From an uncultured virus (IMG/VR IMGVR_UViG_3300013132_000043) (Duplodnaviria; Heunggongvirae; Uroviricota; Caudoviricetes), in IMG/VR virus record IMGVR_UViG_3300013132_000043: a stretch of 64,000 nucleotides of DNA; one strand, written 5' to 3'. Positions 1 to 10,097 of this stretch are shown here, in pieces (positions within the stretch are counted from its first letter, which is position 1; each line of letters begins with the position of its first letter). The position numbers were made by a program, and so were the translations under genes. The notes below the pieces were generated by a model, which did no database searches, was not told where the DNA came from, and was given only the letters and a program-made list of their open reading frames with translations.

Positions 1-393
1 AGGATATACTTTAAATTTAGATTTGGCCATAGATTTTGCTCTGGCCCATAACTTAGGATTGGTTGGTTTATTTTTTCCTTCATCAATAGAAGTTTCTTCA
101 TTCATACTAAATTGACTAAGGTCCCCTCTTACTTTACTTGAAGGTTCAATTTGGTTCTTTAAAAAATCAAAAACTTGGTCTAACAAACTCTTGGCTTCAG
201 ATATATGGTCTTGAGCCCAATCGTGTTGTTTAAGAATGGAATCAATTTCGTTTTTATCCTCATTCATCAACAATTCACATTGTCTTTTCATTTGTTCAAT
301 GTTACCGAAGAACATATAGTTCTCTTGTTCTGGCATCCCACCTTCACTAATTGTTTTAAGGTGTTTTTTGATAATGTTTTCAAGTTTACTCAT
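1..393 (-). CDS. Partial hypothetical late protein (runs off the left edge)
   Basis: Not in the ORF track. ATG at 393 reads MSKLENIIKKHLKTISE...KNKPTNPKLWARAKSMAKSKFKVYP with no stop before position 1. TATTTAT lies 5 nt upstream. The PTNPxLW..AK..AK.KFKVYP segment resembles a recurrent phage motif (DUF5872-like). Confidence 0.8.
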   Translation of the reverse strand, partial: MSKLENIIKKHLKTISEGGMPEQENYMFFGNIEQMKRQCELLMNEDKNEIDSILKQHDWAQDHISEAKSLLDQVFDFLKNQIEPSSKVRGDLSQFSMNEETSIDEGKNKPTNPKLWARAKSMAKSKFKVYP

Positions 394-407
394 AATCTAT
401 AAATATT

Positions 408-1784
408 TTACTTTTCTGACAATATTTCAAATTTTACATAATCATCATAGAAGATTTCTTCCGTGTGAGTTTTGGCTTTGAACTCCATAAAATATTCTCT
501 TGGAATCATATATGATGTATCCAAAAAGAATGAATTTTCGGTTGTTGTCATATCAACTTTAGTCCAATCATATACAATGACATTAGTTTTACCCTCTTTT
601 ACAAAAACACGATAGTAAACATCTTCAAATAGTTGGGCCCTTGGTACTTCAATAGATTTAAATGATAGGACTATTTTTTTCAACTCACCTCTTATAATTC
701 TTTCATTTTGTTTAATACCGGAAAACTGAATTATGTATTTTTGAGCTTCAGTTGGGTTTGAACCAAATGAGTAGTAATCGGTAAATGGTTTTGGTACAAA
801 CTTTTGAGTTACATCCGCAATTGAAACCCCATCTATAGATAAATTTTTCCATTTATCATAGAAGAATCTCTTACCATCACATAACTCACCTGTTAAACCA
901 AAGGTTACTTTGTATATTCCTTTTCTTATTCTTGTTGTGGTTAACCCTGTTAATCCAGTAATTGCCACTCCCGAACTATTCAGGATATCTACTGTTGGGA
1001 GATTTGTTAAGTTGTAGAAGTTAGTACCTTTTGTCACATACAGATACAAATTATTCTGTCTTTCACCTATAAAGTTTTGTCTATGGTCCTCAATTCTATC
1101 CGCAAATTGTGTTTCAACAAATGGTTCATAGAATGTCTGTGTGTATTTGGTAAAGAATGCGACCGATTGGTCATATTCATCATTAATATTTTCATATAAT
1201 ATGGCAAAAGCCAAACCTAACCCATGGTTGGTGTTACCTGATAGTACAATACCATTAACATAGTTTGTAATATCCACATTTATATTTTCATCACCATTAT
1301 CAAAGTGTATTGTACTAACTATTGTGGGAGTACTTTGATATATTCCCGGTGTCGTCCAAGAATTTAAAGTCGTTCTATTATACCAGTTACAAGGTCTTTC
1401 ATCAAATGTATTGTTACCAACAGTATAATCATATCCACCATCTTCATAATCGAAACCAACACCCTCATCCCAATTTTCAGGTATTTGAAAAAGAATCAAA
1501 TCAAAAGATGTGGTTCTTTGTCTTCCTGTGTTTCTTTTCTCGCCCACCAATTGAGCATCTCCTGACACTGTATTGGTCATTTTTAAGTAATGTTTGGTAT
1601 TTGAATTAATAACCAAATCACCATTTTGGATTTTAGATATTAAATCCGTAAAGTCTACTTTAAATAAAAATTTAGAAAAACCAGACCCGTAAAAAATCTC
1701 CGTGGTGGGGTTTTTTGCGGTATTCACCTGAGAATTTTTAATAATTGTATTGTTTTTCTCGAAATATGAACGGAAATATGACAT
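408..1784 (-). CDS. Putative virion structural protein (beta-rich, DNRLRE/CBM96-like N-terminus)
   Basis: 458 aa beta-rich ORF behind TATTTAT. The N-terminal NTII..NT.KNP..EI....SKFLFKVDF pattern resembles DNRLRE-type domains. Contains SGNT and TGLT motifs. Confidence 0.55.
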   Translation of the reverse strand: MSYFRSYFEKNNTIIKNSQVNTAKNPTTEIFYGSGFSKFLFKVDFTDLISKIQNGDLVINSNTKHYLKMTNTVSGDAQLVGEKRNTGRQRTTSFDLILFQIPENWDEGVGFDYEDGGYDYTVGNNTFDERPCNWYNRTTLNSWTTPGIYQSTPTIVSTIHFDNGDENINVDITNYVNGIVLSGNTNHGLGLAFAILYENINDEYDQSVAFFTKYTQTFYEPFVETQFADRIEDHRQNFIGERQNNLYLYVTKGTNFYNLTNLPTVDILNSSGVAITGLTGLTTTRIRKGIYKVTFGLTGELCDGKRFFYDKWKNLSIDGVSIADVTQKFVPKPFTDYYSFGSNPTEAQKYIIQFSGIKQNERIIRGELKKIVLSFKSIEVPRAQLFEDVYYRVFVKEGKTNVIVYDWTKVDMTTTENSFFLDTSYMIPREYFMEFKAKTHTEEIFYDDYVKFEILSEK

Positions 1785-1807
1785 CTTTTTATTTAATAAA
1801 TATCAAA

Positions 1808-3367
1808 TTAGTTGGTTCTCACCGACTTGTTCAGAAGTTCTGATTCAAGTTTGTTAAAGAGTTCCACTAAGGTGTCATGTGAGTCATATGTTGTCCTTGC
1901 GTATGGTTTGTTGATGTTATGGGTGTGAGTTAATAGGACATTATACATCGCCCTTAAAAATTCCAAAAGAACCTCCCCTCTAACAATTGCATATGTGTTT
2001 GGGTCAATTTCACCTAAGTAGTCCTCTTGGGTATATTCATAGTTGTTTAATTTCTCGAATTCCACATATTTGTCTGTAAAGTTTGTATCAGTCGACAAAA
2101 GGTATATTTTATCAGAGGTTAAACTTGAAAATGTTTGTTCCCTTGAGGTATTGTTTTTTACTAATTTTTCAGATTCTTCTGGTTTTACAGATGATGGGGC
2201 ACTAAATCTCGATGTTGACCACACAAGTCCGCTCTGTTGAACTCCTTTAGATAATTTAACCCCACTTAATAAAGTATTTTTTCTTTCTAACTCTGTGGTG
2301 TTTGATGTTGATAAAGTTCTAAGTGATTGTGTTGGTCTAAAAAAGAATGGATAAATTAGTTTTAAATCTTCCTGTGAATCAAATTTCGCATTGATAGTGG
2401 AACTAAATAATCCATCAAATCCATCTTCTTTTATTTTGAGAAGGGTTAATCTTATTTCTGAACAAATAGTACTTATTTTTTCATTTATTGTATAAGTTGT
2501 GTAATCTGTTTTTGTGGTCATGTTTACGCTAAATGTTGGGGTTGTTGTGGTCCCATCATCGTTTAACAAAACACATAATGTCGTCGGTATTTCGGTAAAT
2601 TCTGTGAAAGTATTTGATTTAAAAATATCCCCGTAAACCCCTGTGTTAATTTTGTAAACAAAAAAGTTTATTGTTGTGGGGGTAGATATACTATCTATTG
2701 AATATTCAATTACATATAATAAATTTGCATTTTCATATATTGTCTTTTCAACAACGTCAATTTTTAATTCTCTTTTTTCAGAGAATTTCTTTAGATGTAA
2801 TTTAGCTACTTTCTTAGCGGCGATTGGGTAATTGGATAATCGTTTTCTTTCCTCAACAGTTGATGCCTGTTTTGACAATAATTTACCTCCTCTTAGGACA
2901 AGACCATTTTCAGTAAAAAGAGCATCTGAACCAAATTTACCTGAAACGGCATAATCGGTATTTTTTGAAATGGTTCCTTCGCAATCGGGTGGTAGATTTC
3001 CGTTGGAAAATATTTCAGGTTTATCTTTAATTCCTGAACCGAATGTTGTAGGAGCAATTTGTTGTGAGAATATTTGAGAGTTAAAATCGTATCTTGTTGT
3101 GAAAGGACCACTTATATATTCTTGGTTAACAGTTGTTTTATCTGTGTTATATCGTATAACTTTTACTGTTTGATTTACCTCAGGAATAAAATTAATATTG
3201 TTAGGTAAGAATGGTAAAGCAATAAATAAATCGTCTTCACCCCATGGTTTATATTTTTTATAGTTTTCCTTACCGGCCACGTAGTCATCGTAGTCAACAA
3301 GGCGAATTCTTCCTATACCCAATGGGTCTTTATTGTCGATACAAACACCTAAATCAATTATTTTCAT
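1808..3367 (-). CDS. Baseplate central spike protein (T4 gp5/gpV-like)
   Basis: N-terminal GVCIDNKDPLGIGRIRL matches the gp5 OB-fold start. C-terminal LLTHTHN has the HxH metal-binding motif of spike tips. Confidence 0.75.
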   Translation of the reverse strand: MKIIDLGVCIDNKDPLGIGRIRLVDYDDYVAGKENYKKYKPWGEDDLFIALPFLPNNINFIPEVNQTVKVIRYNTDKTTVNQEYISGPFTTRYDFNSQIFSQQIAPTTFGSGIKDKPEIFSNGNLPPDCEGTISKNTDYAVSGKFGSDALFTENGLVLRGGKLLSKQASTVEERKRLSNYPIAAKKVAKLHLKKFSEKRELKIDVVEKTIYENANLLYVIEYSIDSISTPTTINFFVYKINTGVYGDIFKSNTFTEFTEIPTTLCVLLNDDGTTTTPTFSVNMTTKTDYTTYTINEKISTICSEIRLTLLKIKEDGFDGLFSSTINAKFDSQEDLKLIYPFFFRPTQSLRTLSTSNTTELERKNTLLSGVKLSKGVQQSGLVWSTSRFSAPSSVKPEESEKLVKNNTSREQTFSSLTSDKIYLLSTDTNFTDKYVEFEKLNNYEYTQEDYLGEIDPNTYAIVRGEVLLEFLRAMYNVLLTHTHNINKPYARTTYDSHDTLVELFNKLESELLNKSVRTN

Positions 3368-3564
3368 AACGCCTTTCTTTTTTCTATTTCTTCAACAATT
3401 TTACCATGTAAATCTTCAATGATTTCCATATGTTTTGTCAGTGCAACCACAATCTCTTTTGTCTTTTCGTATTCATCAAAAAGAGAAGATTCCACATCAA
3501 ATAAATCCTTGTTGGATTTGTTCTCAACGTTTTCAACAATCTCTATAATCTTTTCTTTTTCCAT
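3364..3564 (-). CDS. Small acidic coiled-coil hypothetical protein
   Basis: ORF track gives 3364..3585. The in-frame ATG at 3564 (MEKEKII) directly follows the upstream gene's stop and is the more likely start. Confidence 0.65.
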   Translation of the reverse strand: MEKEKIIEIVENVENKSNKDLFDVESSLFDEYEKTKEIVVALTKHMEIIEDLHGKIVEEIEKRKAL

Positions 3565-3565
3565 A

Positions 3566-5515
3566 TTAAATCTTTTTACCCACACCTGAGATTATTCCGG
3601 GTGGAATTACCGCACCACCCGTTGGTCCTGGTAGTACACCTCCTTTAAGTACAATCTTGACAAATGAGTTTGCATCTTCTTCTTCGGAGTATCCATCAAT
3701 TACGTTCTTAATGGCAGTCATAAAATCATTATCCTCACCAAATATTGGTCCTGTTGGGATACCCGCAGCTGCCATTTTTTCACTAATGTTTACAAACGCC
3801 CTCTCTTTACTAAAACCTGGCGATAGGTCTGATGCCAATAATAAAAATGATGCAATATCAAATGGTGTTTTTCCATTCAATGCGGTTGTTATTGTGTTTA
3901 GTATTGTTTGAAAAATACTATAACAATTATCTATTTCAGTTTCCTTTGCTTTTCTTAAAAGAGCAAGTAATGAAGAAACAATTAAAAGATATCTTTTATA
4001 TTTTTCCTTTAATATTTTTTTAACCAATCTTGTTACAAACGCAATTAAGTCAATTTTAATAAGTTTCCAAAATTCGGTAATAAACAACCAAAATAAATCT
4101 TTAATAATAAAATAAACCGCCTTATAGAATTTCTTAACTAATTCTTTAATGTTTACAACAACATTTAATGCAAGTGTTTTGAAATATTTGTATAAAATTA
4201 TCAGAGGTAAAAATAATTTAGCCGATAAAACAGCCATCATTATTGCCTTTGGTAAACTTAAAATGAAACTATTAAGTAGACTATTTAATAAGTCAGATAT
4301 GGATAAGGATAATCCCGATTGTTCACTTGCGTCAGCGGCTACTTTATTAAGAGAATCATCAATCGCCTTTTTAATATCTTTATTTTTTGTTAGATATATA
4401 AAATCTTCAATATGGGTGTCGTCAACCTCCATTTCAAAATTATAACAATCTTTAAACCTAAGAACTCTTCTATATCTCAAATCTTCATCATCTAAGTCAA
4501 TCCCCTCAACATCATCAAAATCAAAGTAAAACTCAATATTTTCTTCGCTTTGGTCGAACATGTCAACCGCATTTTGTTTCTTTAAGTCGTCTTTGTTATT
4601 GTCTGAACCACATATTGATAATAATTTTTTTAATAATCTATCAATATTATTTATTGACGCTTCGTATTTTTTTGTTTTACCGCATTTTTGACTGCCTTGC
4701 ATTGTAAGTAACATCGCAGTCTTTGCAATGTCATTTAGTTCGGGAAATTCAATAGATGAATAATAATCCGAAATAAAGTTTTGAACTTTAATTCCGTTAG
4801 CATTTCCTTGGGTTAGACCCGTAATTACATAATGTTGATTCGCACTACTCCAACTTGCATTGAATAATGAAGTATTGTTATTTGAAGTGAATGTATATGA
4901 ACCTCCGCTAAATATTTTATATAATTCTCTGTTTACCTTTTGTTTGTTTCTATCCGGATTCTTTGGTTCATATATAATTTGACCACATGGACTTGTGGGG
5001 TCCATAGTAAGAATATCAAGAAAATCAAATTCTTCGGGTTTTAAATTTATTGTGTCACCGGTTAATGTGCCATTACTACCACAAATTCCGTCACCCATAA
5101 AAAGGGCTTCACTTAATCTTTTAACAACAATATCTTTTGCAGAATCTAATGTTTTTTCTGTTGCTGAAAGAGCATGTTGCTTTACCCTTTTCTTTGTTTT
5201 ATTTTTTTCAGGATTTGTGGTTGTACCCGATTGTACAACACTGGCATCTGATTCAGAATTTTTCTTATCTACCCCTAAAAATTGTTCAACAACATCTAAA
5301 AGTTCCTCAAAAATATCTTTTTTATTTTCCTTTTTTTGGGCTCTTTTATTTTTTAATGCGTCAAGTTTTTTACCTACAAAATCATTTGTTGACGGGATAT
5401 TTTTTAGATACTTATCCGCAACATCATCCTCAAACCCTTTTGGGTCGTCGTTAATCTTTTTAATTGCTTCAATTTTTGATTGAAGCTTCTTTTTGGTATT
5501 TTTTAACTTACTCAT
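3566..5515 (-). CDS. Hypothetical (probably virion) protein with hydrophobic helical C-terminal region
   Basis: 649 aa, co-oriented with the spike gene in a TATTTAT-led operon. Long hydrophobic or amphipathic helices (LLNSFILSLPKAIMMAVLSAKLFLPLIILYKYF) and a Gly/Pro-rich C-terminus. Confidence 0.6.
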   Translation of the reverse strand: MSKLKNTKKKLQSKIEAIKKINDDPKGFEDDVADKYLKNIPSTNDFVGKKLDALKNKRAQKKENKKDIFEELLDVVEQFLGVDKKNSESDASVVQSGTTTNPEKNKTKKRVKQHALSATEKTLDSAKDIVVKRLSEALFMGDGICGSNGTLTGDTINLKPEEFDFLDILTMDPTSPCGQIIYEPKNPDRNKQKVNRELYKIFSGGSYTFTSNNNTSLFNASWSSANQHYVITGLTQGNANGIKVQNFISDYYSSIEFPELNDIAKTAMLLTMQGSQKCGKTKKYEASINNIDRLLKKLLSICGSDNNKDDLKKQNAVDMFDQSEENIEFYFDFDDVEGIDLDDEDLRYRRVLRFKDCYNFEMEVDDTHIEDFIYLTKNKDIKKAIDDSLNKVAADASEQSGLSLSISDLLNSLLNSFILSLPKAIMMAVLSAKLFLPLIILYKYFKTLALNVVVNIKELVKKFYKAVYFIIKDLFWLFITEFWKLIKIDLIAFVTRLVKKILKEKYKRYLLIVSSLLALLRKAKETEIDNCYSIFQTILNTITTALNGKTPFDIASFLLLASDLSPGFSKERAFVNISEKMAAAGIPTGPIFGEDNDFMTAIKNVIDGYSEEEDANSFVKIVLKGGVLPGPTGGAVIPPGIISGVGKKI

Positions 5516-5892
5516 TAGGTTTTATAGATTCCGGGTTTGGGGTCTTCGTCAGAGTCGTCCATTAACTTCTCTAACAAAACTCTATCCTCGTCGGTTAGTT
5601 GTAATTTACCACCGCCGACACCGGAACCTGAACCTTGGGTTTGCTTGAGTAGGGCACTCTGAAGTTTGACCAATGAGATTTTCTTTTCAGTACAATCGTT
5701 TAATATCTTTTGTTGTTCTTTAATTACGGGACCTATAACACTCATGTCCTCTGCGTCTTTCATGAATGTCAACATCTTCTTTGTAATCATTGAGGCGGTA
5801 TTCTTTTGTTCTACAATATCATTATAGATTTCTTGCATAAGTGCAAGTGCAGAATCCGTGTCAAGAGATATTATATTCTTTCTTTCTCTCAT
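5515..5892 (-). CDS. Hypothetical helical protein, first gene of a late operon
   Basis: 125 aa ORF with TATTTAT 5 nt upstream of the ATG. Confidence 0.7.
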   Translation of the reverse strand: MRERKNIISLDTDSALALMQEIYNDIVEQKNTASMITKKMLTFMKDAEDMSVIGPVIKEQQKILNDCTEKKISLVKLQSALLKQTQGSGSGVGGGKLQLTDEDRVLLEKLMDDSDEDPKPGIYKT

Positions 5893-5913
5893 ACTCTATA
5901 AATAGATAATTTG

Positions 5914-6612
5914 TTAATTTATGAACTTGAACATTATCCCCTCGTATAGTTTTTTGTACTTTCTCATGGAAATTCTTATTTCCTTGGTTGAAAGTGAAGT
6001 CATCTCCCTTAATGATAAAAGAATTAGGTTTTTATTAAACTTATTACCATCACCAATTTGAAATATCTTTTCAAAGTTTCCAAATATTTCAAGTAACGCA
6101 AAACCCAATTTTTGTTCATTTTCGGATAAATCTTCCGCCTCCATAAATTCCTCCATTTCTATAGTAAACTTGATTATAACGTCTTTATAATCTATATGGG
6201 TCTCGTCTATAGTATATGAATGTTCGGTGCTTTCCTCCAAGTCTGACGATATATCATCATAGGATACACTTCTGTTCATTTCCTTTGCGTCTTTTTGAAT
6301 AGCACCCATAAGATAATTCTTACAGATGGTACCAAAATAGGAGTATGCTTTATGGTTTTTTGTATGGTCGAATTTGTTAATTTTAGTAATCAAAAACGAC
6401 ATGGTATCCGCATGGATATCTACAAATTCAAAGTCTTTTCTATATAATTTATAACGTCGAATAATTGATTCGACCATTATGATGAGAGGTTCTCTTAAAT
6501 ATTCATTGAATATCTTGTTCTTTTCTGACTCGGAGTCTGATTGTAGATATCGGACTACCGCTTGTTCTTGCTCCTCCCCAAAATATATTTTTTGGGTTCT
6601 TTTACGGGGCAT
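5914..6612 (-). CDS. Late-transcription RNA polymerase sigma factor (T4 gp55-like)
   Basis: Sigma region-2-like segment MVESIIRRY...LITKINKFDHTKNHKAYSYFGTICKNYL parallels the gp55 FD...AY(F)T motif. Confidence 0.75.
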   Translation of the reverse strand: MPRKRTQKIYFGEEQEQAVVRYLQSDSESEKNKIFNEYLREPLIIMVESIIRRYKLYRKDFEFVDIHADTMSFLITKINKFDHTKNHKAYSYFGTICKNYLMGAIQKDAKEMNRSVSYDDISSDLEESTEHSYTIDETHIDYKDVIIKFTIEMEEFMEAEDLSENEQKLGFALLEIFGNFEKIFQIGDGNKFNKNLILLSLREMTSLSTKEIRISMRKYKKLYEGIMFKFIN

Positions 6613-6613
6613 A

Positions 6614-7393
6614 TTAGCTTAGTACATATTTTACATCGCGTTTATTTTTAAAGAAGAATTCTTTTTTAGCGGTCTCAAGCCAGAATTTAACCTCACCTTC
6701 TGACATTTTCATTGAGTTGTCATTTTTGTATAACCAAAATAATGAGTTTTCCCTGAAGTTAACATGTTGGTATCCCACTTTTGGTACTGTCATAACTACA
6801 ACATTGTTGTGTGTTAGTCTTAGAAGAAATTCATACCCAAAAGTTAATTTGATATTTTCTTTTAATTTACCATTTTCCTTAATAACAGAAGTTCTATAAA
6901 ATCCACCACTTATTTGAAAATTTTGGTAGTCGAGTAATGCTTCGTTATCTAAAATTCCCTGTTTCTCTGTAAACCCATATGCCCATGTAGATTCATTTGT
7001 ATAACTCAAGAACTTACCCTCCACATTGATGTCTTTAACAACAGGTAAAAACACATCCACATTAGGGTTTTCTTTACTATATGCATCCATAGACTTTAAC
7101 CATGTGGGTTTGAATTCATCGTCCACTTCTAAAATAGAAAACCATTCAGTATCACATTTGTCAATGCCAAGGTTTACTTGACTACAAAAATCTGTAGGGC
7201 CCTCATTTTCGATTATTTTAGATTCTATTTTATCTGAAACAACCTGAATGTTTGAAACCACTTTTTTAGGTCCTACAATTAGTAATTTAACGTCGTTTGA
7301 AAACTCCCCAACAGATTTTACCGAATTCTCAAACATTATTTTATGGTCATCATCCCATAAATGAATGGGTAGAATTATTGTTGTATTTTTCAT
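6614..7393 (-). CDS. Glycosyltransferase, GT-A fold (GT2-like)
   Basis: N-terminal TIILPI strand, N.G.....TEWFSILEVDDEF (DxD-like motif) and YEFLLRL motif. Confidence 0.8.
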   Translation of the reverse strand: MKNTTIILPIHLWDDDHKIMFENSVKSVGEFSNDVKLLIVGPKKVVSNIQVVSDKIESKIIENEGPTDFCSQVNLGIDKCDTEWFSILEVDDEFKPTWLKSMDAYSKENPNVDVFLPVVKDINVEGKFLSYTNESTWAYGFTEKQGILDNEALLDYQNFQISGGFYRTSVIKENGKLKENIKLTFGYEFLLRLTHNNVVVMTVPKVGYQHVNFRENSLFWLYKNDNSMKMSEGEVKFWLETAKKEFFFKNKRDVKYVLS

Positions 7394-8457
7394 GCTGTAA
7401 CCTCCTCTTTATTTAATTTTTCTAATGCTTTTTCAATAGTCGCAATTCTGTTAGTTTTGAAAGAATCAAATATTGCGATGATATTTTTCTTAGTAATTTC
7501 AGAATCATATGGTAAAAGAGTATCTTTCATTTTCTCTTTTACTTCATCAGATAACTCAACTCCCTCTAACCAAGCCATAACAAATTTCCCAAGGATTTCA
7601 GTAATCTTAGATTCATCATATGTCCACATTCCGTTTTCACCAATCCAATCTGGGTCAGTTTTTGGAATTTTACCAACTACCGGTACTCCGCACTTCATGG
7701 ACTCCAATGGGAATGTACCAAAAGTAGAGTCATCATCTACCCATACAGACACCATGCACTCGCTTAACACAGAAGGAAAATCTTCATATGTAATTTGATT
7801 CATGTCTTTGAAGTTAATCCATCTTAAATGAGGGTGTTTAATATAGAATTCAGAGATTAATTTCTTATTAATTGACCTGTCTCTACAAGAAATTGCAATT
7901 GTTGGTTTAGTTAATTTTGTGGATGGTACAAAATGGTCCCCAATCATTGGTGGGATTATGAAAACGTTGATATCTTTAAAATAATCATTGATGTATTCTT
8001 TAGTATTAACAGTGGTTGTTATTGCTTTATCAAATCCGTAATCACTCCACTTACTACCAATAGGTAATGTTTCAAATATTAGTTCTTTTTGTTGGACTAA
8101 CATTACTTTTACACATCTAATGTTTGATAGATTCTCCAATGCATTTGAGTAATATTCAGGAATTACAATGATATCCTCGATTTTTATTTCAACTCTATCG
8201 TCTTTGATGGTGACAACATCGATAGAGTCATATTTATCACCTAACCATCCTTTAACACCTGTGTAGGTTTTATCCTCCACTAATATTTTCACATTATTGC
8301 CGTTTTCTTTTAAGGTTAAAGCCATGTCATAGATATGTTTAATTCCGGCTCTTGGATTATTTTTTGTGTCATAAGTCAAAAAATAAATCACATGTTCATT
8401 TGAGTTTAAATTACTCAATGAAGATTCTAATTTTTCTAAGTTTTCTTTATTATTCAT
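7390..8457 (-). CDS. Glycosyltransferase, GT-B fold (GT4-like)
   Basis: AGIKHIYDMALTLKENG at the N-terminus and STFGTFPLESMKCGVPVVG at the C-terminus, the GT4 nucleotide-sugar binding signature. Confidence 0.8.
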   Translation of the reverse strand: MNNKENLEKLESSLSNLNSNEHVIYFLTYDTKNNPRAGIKHIYDMALTLKENGNNVKILVEDKTYTGVKGWLGDKYDSIDVVTIKDDRVEIKIEDIIVIPEYYSNALENLSNIRCVKVMLVQQKELIFETLPIGSKWSDYGFDKAITTTVNTKEYINDYFKDINVFIIPPMIGDHFVPSTKLTKPTIAISCRDRSINKKLISEFYIKHPHLRWINFKDMNQITYEDFPSVLSECMVSVWVDDDSTFGTFPLESMKCGVPVVGKIPKTDPDWIGENGMWTYDESKITEILGKFVMAWLEGVELSDEVKEKMKDTLLPYDSEITKKNIIAIFDSFKTNRIATIEKALEKLNKEEVTA

Positions 8458-8731
8458 CTTCTTCCATTAAGATTTGGTATTTTATTAGTGTGTTAAATGC
8501 AATTTTAAATGATATTGATAAATCTCCCTGTCCAAACGGACCCATCTCCTCATCAATTTCTTGTATTTCGTTTAATACTCTTTCTACACATAATTTTATG
8601 GTTTCGTATTTAAAAAGATTTACTTCTAAGCTTTCACTTCCGTCTTCATTTCGGACCGCATTACCTGTTTGACATTTTGCAGTAATCCCTTCAATGTCGA
8701 TGTAATAGTTTTTTCCGAATATTTCAACCAT
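8450..8731 (-). CDS. Hypothetical protein
   Basis: 93 aa ORF with ATG start, coupled to the downstream GT. It overlaps the upstream ORF by 106 nt. Confidence 0.7.
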   Translation of the reverse strand: MVEIFGKNYYIDIEGITAKCQTGNAVRNEDGSESLEVNLFKYETIKLCVERVLNEIQEIDEEMGPFGQGDLSISFKIAFNTLIKYQILMEEDE

Positions 8732-9303
8732 TCTTTTTTTATTTCTGATAATTTATTTATTTCCAATGGATTTGTAAAGTGATTATTAAATGAAGTATTA
8801 AATTTTATTGCCCTTTTACTTGTCGGACAAGAATCTATTACCCTTTTATCATCGGTAATCCATACATCACATTGTTTCCATAATTTTTTAATTTCATCAA
8901 GATTAGAAAATTTTACATTATCACATATGATACCATTTCGTGACAAAAAGAAAAGTGTTGAGGGTTTTGCTTTACCCTTTTCATTCAATCCAACTAATGT
9001 AAATGTTGTGTTTAAATTTTCAAATATTAATGTGTTTAATTCTGTAGCTGCTTGATTGTAACTTAAACCCGCGTGACCAAAAATTTCGATAGGAAAATCA
9101 AAATATAAGAACTTAATAAATTCATCGTATGATTGAAATTTATAAGAGTCTAAAATATTATCATTTAAAATTGGTTCTTTAACACCATAATCAAAAGATT
9201 CTTCATTTTCGGTTTCAGTATTAATAAAATAATCTTTGTAGTGATAATCAAACTTTTGAATCATGTTCCTTAGAACACCATCAATGCTCACGAATACTTC
9301 CAT
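8626..9303 (-). CDS. HAD-superfamily 5'(3')-deoxyribonucleotidase-like protein, degenerate motif I
   Basis: VFVSIDGVLRN (canonical DxDGV), DVWITDD (motif IV) and the KFNTSFN tail typical of NT5C-like phage proteins. Confidence 0.6.
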   Translation of the reverse strand: MEVFVSIDGVLRNMIQKFDYHYKDYFINTETENEESFDYGVKEPILNDNILDSYKFQSYDEFIKFLYFDFPIEIFGHAGLSYNQAATELNTLIFENLNTTFTLVGLNEKGKAKPSTLFFLSRNGIICDNVKFSNLDEIKKLWKQCDVWITDDKRVIDSCPTSKRAIKFNTSFNNHFTNPLEINKLSEIKKEWLKYSEKTITSTLKGLLQNVKQVMRSEMKTEVKA

Positions 9304-9342
9304 ATTTGGAAATATAAATTTAAAAGTGTTATAAGTAAAGGA

Positions 9343-10074
9343 TTAATCGTACCTTTTTAATATTTCCGATATAATTGGATTCCTAACAATGTCTTTATTG
9401 TCAAATTCAAAAATTCCAATATTTTTAATATCCTGTAAACGAATTTTTGCGTCGTACAAACCTGTTTTTGTTTTGTCTTTGAATTTGTCTGATTGTTCTA
9501 AATCGCCTGAAATAAAAAATTTGGAGTTGAAACCAATTCTTGTTAGAAGAAGTTTCATTTGAGCAGGGGTTGTATTTTGGGCTTCTTCAAATACAAGAAT
9601 CGTATTATCAACATTCCATCCTCTCATATATGCTAAAGCCGCAATTTCAATAAATCCTTCCTCTTTTAATCTTTCTCTAGATTCTTTACCTATAATTTTA
9701 TTCAAAAGATAATAAGATGGGTAGATGTATGGGTCAAGTTTTTCTTCTAAGTTACCCGGTAGTGAACCAAGTTTTTCTTCTGCCTCAACTGCTGGACGCA
9801 CAATGATAATTTTTTCAAACTTATTGTTATCATCCCATAATAAATCAACCGCACGTTTCATTGCGATATATGATTTACCTACACCCGCAGGACCAAAACA
9901 AAGAGTAATTTCATTTTCTCCTAAAATTTTCCAATATTGTTCTTGGTTTTTAGTTAGGAACTTTTCTTTTGGTTGTTTAATGATTTGTCTAACCCTATCT
10001 TTCTTTATTAATTTCTTTTCATCGATTAATGTACTCGTCTTTGTAGTTCCCGATTTCGAATTTGCTCTTTTCAA
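9343..10074 (-). CDS. phoH: PhoH family ATPase
   Basis: GPAGVGKS Walker A, RPAVEAEEKLGSLPG, AYMRG, EEAQN, LTRIG and GDLEQSD motifs. Confidence 0.95.
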   Translation of the reverse strand: MKRANSKSGTTKTSTLIDEKKLIKKDRVRQIIKQPKEKFLTKNQEQYWKILGENEITLCFGPAGVGKSYIAMKRAVDLLWDDNNKFEKIIIVRPAVEAEEKLGSLPGNLEEKLDPYIYPSYYLLNKIIGKESRERLKEEGFIEIAALAYMRGWNVDNTILVFEEAQNTTPAQMKLLLTRIGFNSKFFISGDLEQSDKFKDKTKTGLYDAKIRLQDIKNIGIFEFDNKDIVRNPIISEILKRYD

Positions 10075-10097
10075 TTATTTGTTTTTTAATAATATGT

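Noticed and set aside
8626..8731. 106-nt same-strand overlap as a second programmed frameshift
   Set aside because: The downstream ORF has its own ATG. A lost stop codon extending the HAD-like ORF is the simpler explanation.
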